A stretch of DNA of 64,000 nt from an uncultured candidate division Zixibacteria bacterium (lineage in GTDB: Bacteria > Zixibacteria > MSB-5A5 > GN15 > PGXB01): NCBI GenBank assembly GCA_963702205.1, contig OY969724.1:640001-704000 (forward strand), written 5' to 3'. The notes under the pieces are model-generated. The model worked only from the letters and a program-made list of their open reading frames with translations. It was not told the DNA's origin and ran no database searches. Position 1 is the stretch's first letter. Each line of letters starts with the position of its first letter. The translations under genes were made by a program, and so were the position numbers. Shown piece after piece: positions 21,506-31,236 of the stretch.

Positions 21506-22240
21506 CCCGCCCGTGAGAGACTCCCCAACGTCTTTCAACTTTTTGGTAGCCTCATTTTTTACTTCCTCGATGCCCTGTTCTTTCAGGTTGGATATATCTT
21601 TTCCGAAACCTTCGGGGAGCAGGCCATTCCCTTTGGCCAGTGCTTTCGATATAAGGGTCTTGATCATCGTGGCCGCCACTTCGCCTATTTTTGCGCCGCT
21701 ATCGCCGCCAACGTCGCGGAGCTGGAAGTTATCAAGTGTAAACGACTTCTCCACTTTTTTGCCCAAAAGATCAAGAGAACCGTTGACGTTTATATCCCGC
21801 AGGGCAATCAGGCCGATGCGGAATTTATGGGAGTCTTCGGACGATGAATTATCAATCTTCCCGATATTGTCTAACAATTCCTGATAATTGCCCTTTTTGC
21901 CGACTTGTTCGAGGTTTAGATCGACACCCTCTATGATAAGCGAATCGACAACGACCATATTGTCCAGCACCGAACCGGTCTCCACGCTCAATTTCCCACG
22001 CTGCAATGTCAAGAAATGTTTTCCGGCAAACCCCTCCGGATTGTCAACTTCAAAGTCGTCCAGTTCCAGGCTGCCCCCGCCGATATTGAGCGAGGCCGAG
22101 CCAAGATCGGTTTCTACTCCGAGGGCATAAGTTGTACCGGCCTCGACGGCTTTTTCGACCAGCAGATTGCGGACGAAATAGGCTGACGTCAGAAGTACGA
22201 TTATCAGAATGATAACCCATAAAAATATTTTCTTTAACAT
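21497..22240 (-). CDS. AsmA-like membrane-anchored protein
   Basis: N-terminal TM, LGVET.L, V.NPEGF, beta-rich body, low-complexity basic tail. Confidence 0.7.
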   Translation of the reverse strand: MLKKIFLWVIILIIVLLTSAYFVRNLLVEKAVEAGTTYALGVETDLGSASLNIGGGSLELDDFEVDNPEGFAGKHFLTLQRGKLSVETGSVLDNMVVVDSLIIEGVDLNLEQVGKKGNYQELLDNIGKIDNSSSEDSHKFRIGLIALRDINVNGSLDLLGKKVEKSFTLDNFQLRDVGGDSGAKIGEVAATMIKTLISKALAKGNGLLPEGFGKDISNLKEQGIEEVKNEATKKLKDVGESLTGGKK

Positions 22241-22260
22241 TATAGGACCTCCTTAAATTA

Positions 22261-23043
22261 TCACTGGATTCCGAGCATCTTCAGTTCCCGACGGGCGGGG
22301 CGAAATTCCGGGTTGAGTTCGAGAGCGTGCTTGAAAGCTATGACCGCCGAGGTCGTATCCGCCTTTGCCAAAAACAGCTGCCCTGTCGCCCATTCGTTTA
22401 CATAGGAATCGGGGTTGAACTCTTGGTTGAGGCTAAGAACGGCCATGGCATCGGTTTCACTTTCGTCGGCAATATTCAAAGCCAGTTGCGCTAAAACCCG
22501 GTCGGTGAAATCGTAGGTGAAGCCCCCGTAATATTCATTACGAAGTGCCCGATAGGTCGAATCGAGCGCCGCCATGCCGCCGGCTTTTCTGGCTTTCATG
22601 AGGACGTCCTGAAGCAGCAACGGTCGCGGCTGACCGTGATGGCAGGTGACACATTGCACGGTTATTCGTGACGTATCGGTAGTCGCCGGGAGATGCGCCA
22701 GTTGTGTATTGTTGATATTGCCGGTCATGCGAAGCATGGTGCGGGCGGTTAGTTTGAGCTTATTTTCATCCGAGGCAAAATCGCGCTCACGCTGACCTTT
22801 TTTGGGTTCGGCATGACAATATCCGCAGCCCACGCCGAGCCCATCGCTGAAATTCCTCATTACGGCTATTACCTGGTCGTGAGTCATGGTGCTGTCGAGC
22901 ACCTGAAGATTGGTCGGCTTTTGGTTTTCCTGTGCCTGCACGTTGATGCATATAACGGCGGCCGCTATGATTACCAGACAGCTTAAGTAAAGTCGGCGTC
23001 CGCGAATTCGTTTGTGATAACCGGGTTGAGTATATGCGCTCAT
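22261..23043 (-). CDS. di-heme c-type cytochrome with a C-terminal TPR
   Basis: Signal peptide, NLQVL, LGVGCGYCH, FASDE.K..AR.ML.M, VQCVTCHHG; TPR-like AFKHALELNP. Confidence 0.82.
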   Translation of the reverse strand: MSAYTQPGYHKRIRGRRLYLSCLVIIAAAVICINVQAQENQKPTNLQVLDSTMTHDQVIAVMRNFSDGLGVGCGYCHAEPKKGQRERDFASDENKLKLTARTMLRMTGNINNTQLAHLPATTDTSRITVQCVTCHHGQPRPLLLQDVLMKARKAGGMAALDSTYRALRNEYYGGFTYDFTDRVLAQLALNIADESETDAMAVLSLNQEFNPDSYVNEWATGQLFLAKADTTSAVIAFKHALELNPEFRPARRELKMLGIQ

Positions 23044-23546
23044 GGAGTATCCTTTCATGCGAATCGATTTGAAAACACTACGGTGCAATTATAGCGGATG
23101 AGCACCGACCTTGCCGATTTTTACAACACTTAAATTTCGTTGTGGTTTTCAAATTCTTTTCGGTGGGCCAGCTCTCCGGGTCTGCACAGTTTTAATACCA
23201 AGTTCGTACCGCACAGGTTAAATTTCGATACGATTTTAATGATTTTGGCACAGATAAATAATTGCTGCAGATCGGCTTGTGAGGAATTGGGTTTGTTTGT
23301 TCATTGTCTAAAAATTGTCTTCCCGGAATATCTGTTTTTTGCGTTGTCCAAAAAAATATCACTCTACTCTACAATATAGATCGGAGCAATTTCACCATTG
23401 ATAGCTATACAAATATGGGGTTATAAGAGTGTCACAAATTCGATAAATTTCATACGGGTCCTATATAATCAAATGCTATCAATCGGGACAGCGTATTAAT
23501 TCCATAACGCGAATATAAAGTTCTTTTTAATACCAGCGAGGTAGCC

Positions 23547-24578
23547 ATGTTAAGAAAAAGTTTCCTTGTTGCGGCTTTTGCAGTCTTAACCCTGTCATTC
23601 TGCGTATCGTACGCGGCCGGGCTGGAACAATTACAGTGGCGGGATTTGGTTAACCATCCCGAACGCTGGCCCGCTTCGACCACTATCAAAGTTGATCTGG
23701 AATTCTCTCACGCGAATTTGCCGAAAGGGACGAAAGTGCAGATCAGCAATGTCACTGCCAATCAAGTCGAACTCATAGCGCCGCAGGGTTTTCTTTTTGA
23801 CCTGAAACCGGAAGAATGTAATCTTCTGGCCGACGCCAACGCTTTCTGGGCGACATTGACCCCGGCACAAAAAGAACTCAACTGGCAGAAAATATCCCAG
23901 GATCGTACCCTCTGGCCGTCTTATATTTCTTTAACTTCCCCGATCGGGTTCGGCCAGGTTTCATTCAAGGAGGGAGATACGCTGGAATTGATTACTATAC
24001 AGGGTAACGACGTGGCTGTCGCTAACTCCAAACTGGAGTCCACTCTTCTGGTGTCCAATACCGATACCGATATTTTCTCCAGAGCTCGCAAGATGGCGGC
24101 TTTGCCGACAGATCAGCGCCCGGGAATTATTTCCACGGTATTAAAAGGAAGAACCATCGACTCCGACGGCAATAAAACCGATCTGGCGCCGGCGAATTAT
24201 TATGTCATGTACTATGCCGCGTCGACCTGTCCGCGCTGCAAAATATTTTCGCCCGAGTTCGTGGATTTTTATAACAAAAACTTCGCGGACCGCAAAGACG
24301 TGCGCTTCATAATCTGCTCCACGGACGTTAATAAGGCGAATATCTGGCCGTATATGAAACAATACGGCATACCCTGGTCGACACTGAACGGTGAGAAGGC
24401 CGATAATATCGTCGGCTACGCGTTCATAACCCCCGGCACGATGATAGAAATTCCGGGGATAATAGTCCTTGATCGTTTTGGCAATCAACTCCTGGCAACG
24501 AAAAATAATGTCCCCGGAAAGCTGATCGCCGCCGCCGAAACGGCTATGGGGCAGCTCAACGACTTATTAAGCAAATAG
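23547..24578 (+). CDS. exported thioredoxin-like (nucleoredoxin/tryparedoxin-type) protein with a duplicated N-terminal domain
   Basis: Signal peptide; YYAASTCPRCKIFSPEFVDFY; IPGIIVLDRFG cis-Pro region. Confidence 0.75.
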   Translation: MLRKSFLVAAFAVLTLSFCVSYAAGLEQLQWRDLVNHPERWPASTTIKVDLEFSHANLPKGTKVQISNVTANQVELIAPQGFLFDLKPEECNLLADANAFWATLTPAQKELNWQKISQDRTLWPSYISLTSPIGFGQVSFKEGDTLELITIQGNDVAVANSKLESTLLVSNTDTDIFSRARKMAALPTDQRPGIISTVLKGRTIDSDGNKTDLAPANYYVMYYAASTCPRCKIFSPEFVDFYNKNFADRKDVRFIICSTDVNKANIWPYMKQYGIPWSTLNGEKADNIVGYAFITPGTMIEIPGIIVLDRFGNQLLATKNNVPGKLIAAAETAMGQLNDLLSK

Positions 24579-24632
24579 TCGATCTTATTTGATGTTGTTT
24601 CCCGGATAAGTATTAGTTTAAAACAATACACA

Positions 24633-24671
24633 TTGACGGCCCGGTCGCAAGTGAAGTAACCGGGCCGTTAA
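24633..24671. terminator. hairpin, probable terminator between convergent units
   Basis: TTGACGGCCCGGT...ACCGGGCCGTTAA stem with AT-rich flanks. Confidence 0.6.
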
Positions 24672-24745
24672 TTATTGTACCTGAGATATGGGATTAATCT
24701 CGTTTCCTGCCGCGTGCATATATTGCACGATAGAGATTAAAAAGA

Positions 24746-24858
24746 CTCCGAAACCTCCTTCGCTTCGCTCAGGACCTTCGGCAGGGGTTTCGACCTTTGG
24801 AGATTCATAAGGCTGTCAGGTCGCGCGTCCCGATTAATCGGGACGCAGGACTTGTCAG
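24746..24858. repeat. cluster of REP-like palindromes
   Basis: Perfect 22-bp palindrome GCGTCCCGATTAATCGGGACGC (24825-46) inside TGTCAGGTC...GACTTGTCA; CGAAACCTC...GGGGTTTCG enclosing CCTTCGCTTCGCTCAGG. Confidence 0.6.
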
Positions 24859-24940
24859 AGCAGGCTATTTCAATGACCCTTCAGAGTAGGCTTCTGTAGC
24901 TTTGTTTCAGCATTCAAATAACATTGAAAGTGACCTTCGA

Positions 24941-25600
24941 TTAAAACCGGACTCCGACCATGAAAGACAAGACTGTGTTTTTAACCGAAGGATCGCCCTC
25001 AAGATAAAAGCTGTCACCCGGTCCCTCTCCCGTAAGATCATTGATTTTATCGGCGGCATCGATTGTCCCGACCAGCCCCAGAGTATACCTGGCATCGAAG
25101 GTGACGCGTTTGTAGTCTATTCCGGCACCGAAAACAAAACCCACGTCCATGGATTTCAAATAATCCGCGACATCGTATGAATAGTCCATAAACCGGACTT
25201 TTGAACTCAACAACAAGGCAAACGCCGGGCCGGCAAACACGTTCGGACGAAGCTTGCCATCGGGAACGATGTCGTATTTAAGCAACACCGGCACTTCCAG
25301 GTAATTCATGGACCATTCGGCGGAAACGAAGAAAAGATCCTTTTCGGCCCCTTTGGAGACAAATAGAAGTTCCGGCTGCACGGCAAATTGACGGTTAAGG
25401 CTGTAAGTCAGGAAAGCGCCCCCTGTGAATCCTACCCGAGTGTCAAGAAAATCGTCCAATTCATTGTAATCGGTGTTAATCTTTGCGATATCGAATCCGA
25501 GTTTGACTCCTTTGCCGGTTACACCAACGGCTGCCTGTTGTGCGCTCGCCGCGACACAAATTAACAGGACCAAACCGGCGAGCATGAACACCTTTGTCAT
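24941..25600 (-). CDS. outer-membrane beta-barrel protein (porin family)
   Basis: RBS GAGGAGG, signal peptide, GVKLG, VQPELLFVSKG, YLEVPVLLKY, DARYTLG, terminal Phe. Confidence 0.88.
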   Translation of the reverse strand: MTKVFMLAGLVLLICVAASAQQAAVGVTGKGVKLGFDIAKINTDYNELDDFLDTRVGFTGGAFLTYSLNRQFAVQPELLFVSKGAEKDLFFVSAEWSMNYLEVPVLLKYDIVPDGKLRPNVFAGPAFALLLSSKVRFMDYSYDVADYLKSMDVGFVFGAGIDYKRVTFDARYTLGLVGTIDAADKINDLTGEGPGDSFYLEGDPSVKNTVLSFMVGVRF

Positions 25601-25711
25601 AGTACCTCCTCGCAATATTTTGATTGCGTACAGTTTTGAGCTTCGGCAATATAACAGTAACGAGGGTTATCAGGCAAGAGGAAAAAACGAATGGTCTGGC
25701 TGCCCGGCTCG

Positions 25712-26488
25712 TCAATTCTGCTTCGAGACCGTGGCGCAAGCGCGTCGAAACAGCAAAGCGGAAATGACAAACAGGATAACGAAGAATCCATTGAAAATGA
25801 ACACGCCAAATACACCCGCTGCCCCCAGGGAAACATGAGGCCAGATAATCAAGGCAATCACGGGAACCAACATTTGAGTGAGTGCCGCCGCAAACAGGGT
25901 ATGCGCCATTCCTCGCGGCTTAAAGCGAGCCATCAGGGAACCGATGAGTCCGACTGCAAAGACCGCTCCATACATCAGGTTGGCAGGCTGTCCTTCGTTT
26001 CCGATGATGCCCACGGCACCGTTCATCCAGAAAAGAAGGAATAACGCCGCAAGCCCGACGCCAAAAGCGACTCGGTACATAGTGCTCCTCGATCTTCGGG
26101 CAACCAGTTCATACGTGAAACCGATACCGAGCAAAACAGCACCCATGATAATAAAATCGCTCAGATCCCAGTTCACTTCATCGGTGAACTGCATCGCCAC
26201 CAAGGGCACCAGCAATATAACCGCCGTTGCGAGTGCAATGCGGATTATGTTTTTATTTTGCATTGCGATCAACACCGTCCTCTCTTTCACAATTCCCGCA
26301 GAAGTCTCGAGGAACATCCATAGAGCGCAGCCGAAAATTCCCTTTCCTTCCTCTGCTCTCGCCCGGAGGAGATCGTTGAAGGTCTGCTCCATTCCCTCGC
26401 CGAAGCGATTATAGTACGGTTTCGCATAGAGGCGAAGCAGCCTTGCATACAATCGTCGGTATCTTTGTATTGGAGGCTTATGTACCAT
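25712..26488 (-). CDS. multi-TM membrane protein co-transcribed with PadR
   Basis: N-terminal RLYARLLRLY...RFGEGM.QTF segment typical of PadR-linked proteins; several TMs (VPLVAMQFTDEVNWDLSDF, AVGIIG). Confidence 0.75.
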   Translation of the reverse strand: MVHKPPIQRYRRLYARLLRLYAKPYYNRFGEGMEQTFNDLLRARAEEGKGIFGCALWMFLETSAGIVKERTVLIAMQNKNIIRIALATAVILLVPLVAMQFTDEVNWDLSDFIIMGAVLLGIGFTYELVARRSRSTMYRVAFGVGLAALFLLFWMNGAVGIIGNEGQPANLMYGAVFAVGLIGSLMARFKPRGMAHTLFAAALTQMLVPVIALIIWPHVSLGAAGVFGVFIFNGFFVILFVISALLFRRACATVSKQN

Positions 26489-26837
26489 ACGCCAAATTGC
26501 CCGGTGAGAGTTTCCTATGTTTGGCAACCGCCACGACTTCACGATAGCGCTGCAATTCCTCCGCCAGCGCCTTTTGGCCGAGGCCGGTTATTTTGTAATA
26601 AACCCGCCGTTCGTCGTCCAATTCCGGGTCTATTTTTTTAGCGCTCTCGCGTATCAGCCCGGCCTCGAGCATGCGGCCGATTGAACCGTAAAGCGTGCCC
26701 GGCCCCATTTTTACCTTCCCCTTCGAATCAGCCTGAACCAGCTTCATGATTCCGTAGCCGTGCCTCTCCTTCGTTGAGAGTGCCAGGAGGATGTGAAAGA
26801 CCGCCGGAGTAAGAGGCTTGTGTTTCTTCTTTTCCAC
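26478..26837 (-). CDS. PadR family transcriptional regulator
   Basis: FHILLAL, RHGYGI, GPGTLYGSI.R, RRVYYKIT..G. Confidence 0.93.
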   Translation of the reverse strand: MEKKKHKPLTPAVFHILLALSTKERHGYGIMKLVQADSKGKVKMGPGTLYGSIGRMLEAGLIRESAKKIDPELDDERRVYYKITGLGQKALAEELQRYREVVAVAKHRKLSPGNLAYGT

Positions 26838-26843
26838 AAATCC

Positions 26844-26872
26844 ATAATATATCCGTAACGGATATATGTCAA
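26844..26872 (-). promoter_or_regulatory. padR promoter with a palindromic operator in the spacer; probably leaderless
   Basis: TTGACA(26872-67)-17 bp-TATTAT(26849-44), 6 nt before GTG; perfect palindrome ATATATCCGT-A-ACGGATATAT at 26847-26867. Confidence 0.8.
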
Positions 26873-26939
26873 GAAAAATGTAGTTTTTTCGCCTATGTGT
26901 TTTAAAGGCCCGCCATATAGAATAGTGGGAAGCCCTGAC

Positions 26940-27713
26940 CTACTGCGTCTTGAGACGAGCCGCTGGATCCTGTTGATAGAATAATCTAAACTGCTCGTAT
27001 AGTTCAGGATGGCGACTTTTTAGCGCCATGGGTTTTTCGAAAAACAGCTCGGTGACTACGGCAAAAAACTCGGCTGGATTGGTGGCACCATAGGCATTAA
27101 TCAGATGCTGCTGACCCGTTTCGAGAGCGTCGAGCAGCCGACGATACTCGTGACTGAGAACCCGTGCCCAGGCAGTGTACATCGTATTGCTCGGCAATTG
27201 AGGTGCTCCATCCATCCGCCCGAATTCACTATCCAGCTCGTGCGCGAATTCGTGGAAGACGACGTTGTGACCGTCATCAGGATCCCGGGCGCTTTTCAAA
27301 ACGTTGTCCCACGCCAATACTATCGGTCCGCGCTGCCACGACTCGCCCAACCGTGTTTGCACGTTTTCCTGAACCAATCCCCCGGGCAATCGTCTCGAGG
27401 CCGAAGCAAAATAGGCGCGGGGATAAACAAATATCGTCTTCATCAGAGGAAAATAATCGGTCTTGCGATGCAAGAGCAGTATGCAGGCTTGAGCTGCAAT
27501 CGTTACTCTGATTTCATCCGTTATTGCCAGACCTTCACAACCCTCGAAACGCTTTTCGTGCAGGAATACCTGAATATGCCCCCGGAGTTCGGCGCGCTCA
27601 TCGGACGTGAGGTACCGATAGTACGGAACGTTTCGTTCAACGAAAGCCAACCATTCCGGCGGAAACGGCTGGCTGCTCCATTTTATGCGTCTTCTCTTCT
27701 TGAATCCAAACAT
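26940..27713 (-). CDS. mtfA: MtfA-like zinc peptidase (M90 family)
   Basis: IAAQAC, GESW..GPIVL.W, NVVFHEFAHELD, YGATNPAEFFAV.TE.FFE. Confidence 0.9.
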   Translation of the reverse strand: MFGFKKRRRIKWSSQPFPPEWLAFVERNVPYYRYLTSDERAELRGHIQVFLHEKRFEGCEGLAITDEIRVTIAAQACILLLHRKTDYFPLMKTIFVYPRAYFASASRRLPGGLVQENVQTRLGESWQRGPIVLAWDNVLKSARDPDDGHNVVFHEFAHELDSEFGRMDGAPQLPSNTMYTAWARVLSHEYRRLLDALETGQQHLINAYGATNPAEFFAVVTELFFEKPMALKSRHPELYEQFRLFYQQDPAARLKTQ

Positions 27714-28005
27714 CTGATAGCTATCCTTCGGCAGAAATCCTGTCAGATCGAAACCAAAAAAGTTCTGCCACGTCTTTTAGAAACCTATCTGGCCATTGAT
27801 ATGTCGGCTCATCAATCACCACCTCAAATTACTGCTCAACGATCAGAAACGCAACTTTCTTGCATAAAGTTTGAACTCTTTCAGAATGAAATCCTTGCGG
27901 TTTCGACAATTTCGTTTTAAGAAGTCCACAATGGAATGGCGAGCTACCCAGGATGTTTCGACGAATTAATTTAGAAAATCCACCCCGAAGGAAGCACCCG
28001 GGCGG

Positions 28006-28236
28006 TTAGTCGGTTTGTCTCTTTTTGAAATCTTCTATACCCCGCTGAATGCGGCTCTTGAATCCGTGGGGGGCCACTCGGCCGCACAAACCGGTTCCGT
28101 CGGGATTCAGCTTACACATACGGAAACACCAGGGTGATCGGTTTTTGGTCATCGGGCATCCCAGATAGGTGTAATCTCTTAAACTTTTTCGTATTTTGAC
28201 TCGCTTGTGGACTTTGGTGAGATTTTTTGGTGCCAT
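28006..28236 (-). CDS. small basic Cys/His-rich hypothetical protein
   Basis: RBS GAGGA upstream; C-x9-C-x3-C-x9-C-x5-H. Confidence 0.65.
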   Translation of the reverse strand: MAPKNLTKVHKRVKIRKSLRDYTYLGCPMTKNRSPWCFRMCKLNPDGTGLCGRVAPHGFKSRIQRGIEDFKKRQTD

Positions 28237-28486
28237 TTCGATTCCTCGCTGTCTTATCTATGGACAGAATTTGCCCCCGTTTCAGGGCAGCCTCTGCCTT
28301 GTCTTTCGATGTCTGCGGCCATCAGCACCTGTAACCGGAAACCGGCAAAAAGGTTCACTCTTATCTCGTGAATTTTGTTATGACAATGGTTGAAGCTGGC
28401 TGATTGTTCATTGTGGGACAACTGGAGGGATCAGCGGTTAGAGAGGGATATAGTTGGAAATCATCCTGAAGGGCAGGCCACTGGGC

Positions 28487-30154
28487 TCACCTTATCTTCT
28501 TCGCCTCCGTTGTTCTTCCACCCTGGGTCAATATTGCTTTTGTCACAATACCTAGGCTGTCCTTCACGAATTCGAGTTGAGCATCGTTAACTTTCAGGAA
28601 GAACTTCGATTCAGATTCAGCAAATATGTCAAACGCTTCCTGTCCGGTAGCCCTGACCATCAGTCCTTTGTTATTTTTCGTCACAGTGAAACTGAAATCG
28701 GGTGAGATTGCGTATTCCCCCAGATACGACTCCAGTATATTGTCACTCAGTTCGATTCCGTCAGGCGAGGGGATCGGCTTATCGGTCTTTAACCAAACAT
28801 CGATCGCGGTGCGGCTCCTGGTCTTCAAGCTCTTAATCGCGCCGTTTGTGTCTCGTACGAAGTCGATCCTCGACAGCGAATCTGTCGCATAGGCGAACTT
28901 GTCATTTGCATAGGCGTCGACTTTGGATTTCGGTCCCCGGCCCGATTGTGCGAACAACTGATGATCGGCCACGGTAATGACCCGCAGCAGTCCCTTTCCA
29001 TTCTCATATACACCGGCATAATCGGCCAGGAGTGAGTCAGCCAGCACGACTGCTTTGTAATCGTACGTTTCGCCGATTGCCAGAGCTGCCAATTTGGCCG
29101 TGACATCTTCGGGCGAATTACAGTCGCAGTTGGAAAATACCGCCACAAAAACGTCTTCAACCGGTAAGTACATCTCCATTGCGACGTATCCATTGATCAT
29201 GCCGCCATGCCAAATGCTCGGGCTGTCCTGAATGTAACCGAATCGCCACCCGTATCCGTAATTGGTTTCGTCTCCGGTGCTGAGAGTGAACCGTGACAGG
29301 GCCTTGTCGAGACTTGCCTGTGTGATGAGCTTATAAGAGTAAAGCGCCTGATGCCATTTGAACATATCCAATACGGTTGATTGTATTGCGCCCGCCGCAT
29401 ACGGCTGCGTCATACTGAGGTACCGGGCGTTTTCAATGCCTTGATCACCCATGCTATAACCGTCAGCCCGGTTCCTGGTGATTCGAATATCAGTGGCGTA
29501 ACTCGAATTGGTCATGCCGGCCGGTTTGAAAATCTGTTTATCCAGATATTCGGAGTACGGCTCGCCGGTGATCATTTCGATTATATAACCCAATAGAACG
29601 TAGTTGGAATTGCTGTATTCCCATCTGGTGCCGGGAGCGAAGCGCAACGGCCGGTTTTCGAAGAAGCCGATCATTTCTGCGGGCGAGTAGTCAACCTCCC
29701 CTTTCTTGGCAGAATCTTTGATCCTGGCGTAATCCTGAATGCCCGAAGTATGTGTCAGCAGGTTTTCAATGGTGATTGTGTTCCCTTGAGTTGGATAGTC
29801 CGGAATGAATTTAGTGATGCTATCCTGCAAGCCGAGCTTCCCCTGTTCAGCCAGCTGCAATATAGCTACGGCCGTAAACTGTTTGGTGATGGAACCGATT
29901 CGGAAGACCTGGTCGATCTGCATCGGCACCTGTAGCTCCAGATTCGCCATGCCGAATGCATTCTTGTAGATAACCTGACCATTACGGGCAACCAGCGCGG
30001 CGGTGCCCGGAGCATCTGGGTGAAACTGCTCGCTCAGTAGTTTGTCGCATACTGCCGCGAAGTGTGCTGTCTCGAGTTGACCCGCCATTGCTGTCTGGAG
30101 TTGCAGCCCGCACATGATCGCGACGAAAACCAGGATTCTGATACGGTTCTTCAT
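28487..30154 (-). CDS. serine hydrolase (beta-lactamase/AmpC-like fold) with C-terminal DUF3471-like domains
   Basis: GSITKQF (SxxK), LLTHTSG, YSN, WHGG; two Y.G.Y repeats at the C-terminus. Confidence 0.9.
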   Translation of the reverse strand: MKNRIRILVFVAIMCGLQLQTAMAGQLETAHFAAVCDKLLSEQFHPDAPGTAALVARNGQVIYKNAFGMANLELQVPMQIDQVFRIGSITKQFTAVAILQLAEQGKLGLQDSITKFIPDYPTQGNTITIENLLTHTSGIQDYARIKDSAKKGEVDYSPAEMIGFFENRPLRFAPGTRWEYSNSNYVLLGYIIEMITGEPYSEYLDKQIFKPAGMTNSSYATDIRITRNRADGYSMGDQGIENARYLSMTQPYAAGAIQSTVLDMFKWHQALYSYKLITQASLDKALSRFTLSTGDETNYGYGWRFGYIQDSPSIWHGGMINGYVAMEMYLPVEDVFVAVFSNCDCNSPEDVTAKLAALAIGETYDYKAVVLADSLLADYAGVYENGKGLLRVITVADHQLFAQSGRGPKSKVDAYANDKFAYATDSLSRIDFVRDTNGAIKSLKTRSRTAIDVWLKTDKPIPSPDGIELSDNILESYLGEYAISPDFSFTVTKNNKGLMVRATGQEAFDIFAESESKFFLKVNDAQLEFVKDSLGIVTKAILTQGGRTTEAKKIR

Positions 30155-30212
30155 TTTATTTCTCACTTTGTGCAAAATTGTCATTGTACTACTCAGTTAA
30201 TCCGTCAAAGGG

Positions 30213-30665
30213 TCATGGCAGAGCGTCCGGTAACAGGAAATAGACAAGCATGGCGAACGATAAAAAGAAAATCGCGATGTTCACCGGACGGTACTTGATG
30301 GTTACCAGTAGCTCCTGCTTCACTTTCGATGACCCGAAATGACAGATGGCCATGAAGTTCATTATCATTGCAACCAACGGCAGCCCAACAAAAATGATGG
30401 GAATCAAATACGTGAGTACACTGTTGCCGCTCAAGTAGGAAAAAAAACCTTCGATCGTGTTGAGAATCGGCGACAGCACTCTAAATCTGTATTTAAGGAG
30501 AACCGTTATGATGAATGTCGACGGCAGAGCCAACAACCACAGTCCGGCCCACGATGATTTCTTGTAGCTCAACAATAAGATCTTTAGTTCCTGCCGATGC
30601 TCTGGATTTCCCGGATCAGGCAGCTTCATTCCATCAAATGGTGATTCTTCATTTGTGCATTTCAT
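30213..30665 (-). CDS. small membrane protein downstream of ECF sigma (possible anti-sigma)
   Basis: Three hydrophobic segments; start overlaps the sigma gene end. Confidence 0.6.
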   Translation of the reverse strand: MKCTNEESPFDGMKLPDPGNPEHRQELKILLLSYKKSSWAGLWLLALPSTFIITVLLKYRFRVLSPILNTIEGFFSYLSGNSVLTYLIPIIFVGLPLVAMIMNFMAICHFGSSKVKQELLVTIKYRPVNIAIFFLSFAMLVYFLLPDALP

Positions 30666-31236
30666 CTTCTTTACCTATAAGGCTTATTTTTAATTTATCG
30701 ATCCCGCGTGACAGCAGCGACTTTACCGTTCCTTGCCGCTTGCCAAGAATAACCGCGATTTCCTTAAGCGATTTTTGTTCAAAAAACCGCAGCGAGATGA
30801 CGTCCTGGTATTTCGTATCGAGTTGTTTTAACGACGCATTCACTCTGATAAATTCCTGGTGCCGCTCCAGTTCTTCTTCGAGTCGTATCTTCTCGGTCTC
30901 CGCATCTGAGTAGTCCGTCAGTTTGATGCCATACTCTTCATGAATTCGGGCGAGCGAGTCCGGAGCATAGGAGGAATCGCGAAAGTACTTGTTGAGTTCG
31001 TTGGTGGCGATCCGATAGAGCCAGTGCAATGCCGAAATATTGCGCCACTTGAATTTCCCGAGGCCGGCGTACGCTCTGAGAAACGTCTCAGCGGCAATAT
31101 CTTTAGCGGCATCATAGTTCGCTGTTCTTCGGAAGGCGTATCCGAAAACCTTACTGTAAAAGGCATCATATATCTCCCCGAACTTCTGAGGATCATTCTG
31201 TATGTCTTTAAATAGCTGCTCTTCGTTCAGGGTCAT
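30649..31236 (-). CDS. ECF RNA polymerase sigma factor
   Basis: AKDIAAETFL, WLYRIATN (region 2); LRFFEQKS.KEIA.ILG...GTVKS.L.R (region 4). Confidence 0.93.
   Translation of the reverse strand: MTLNEEQLFKDIQNDPQKFGEIYDAFYSKVFGYAFRRTANYDAAKDIAAETFLRAYAGLGKFKWRNISALHWLYRIATNELNKYFRDSSYAPDSLARIHEEYGIKLTDYSDAETEKIRLEEELERHQEFIRVNASLKQLDTKYQDVISLRFFEQKSLKEIAVILGKRQGTVKSLLSRGIDKLKISLIGKEDEMHK

Noticed and set aside
22261..23043. Evidence of phototrophy from the cytochrome
   Set aside because: Only two hemes, and no puf or bch genes in the window.
28487..30154. Bona fide antibiotic-resistance beta-lactamase
   Set aside because: The motifs support only the broad serine hydrolase family; substrate cannot be inferred.
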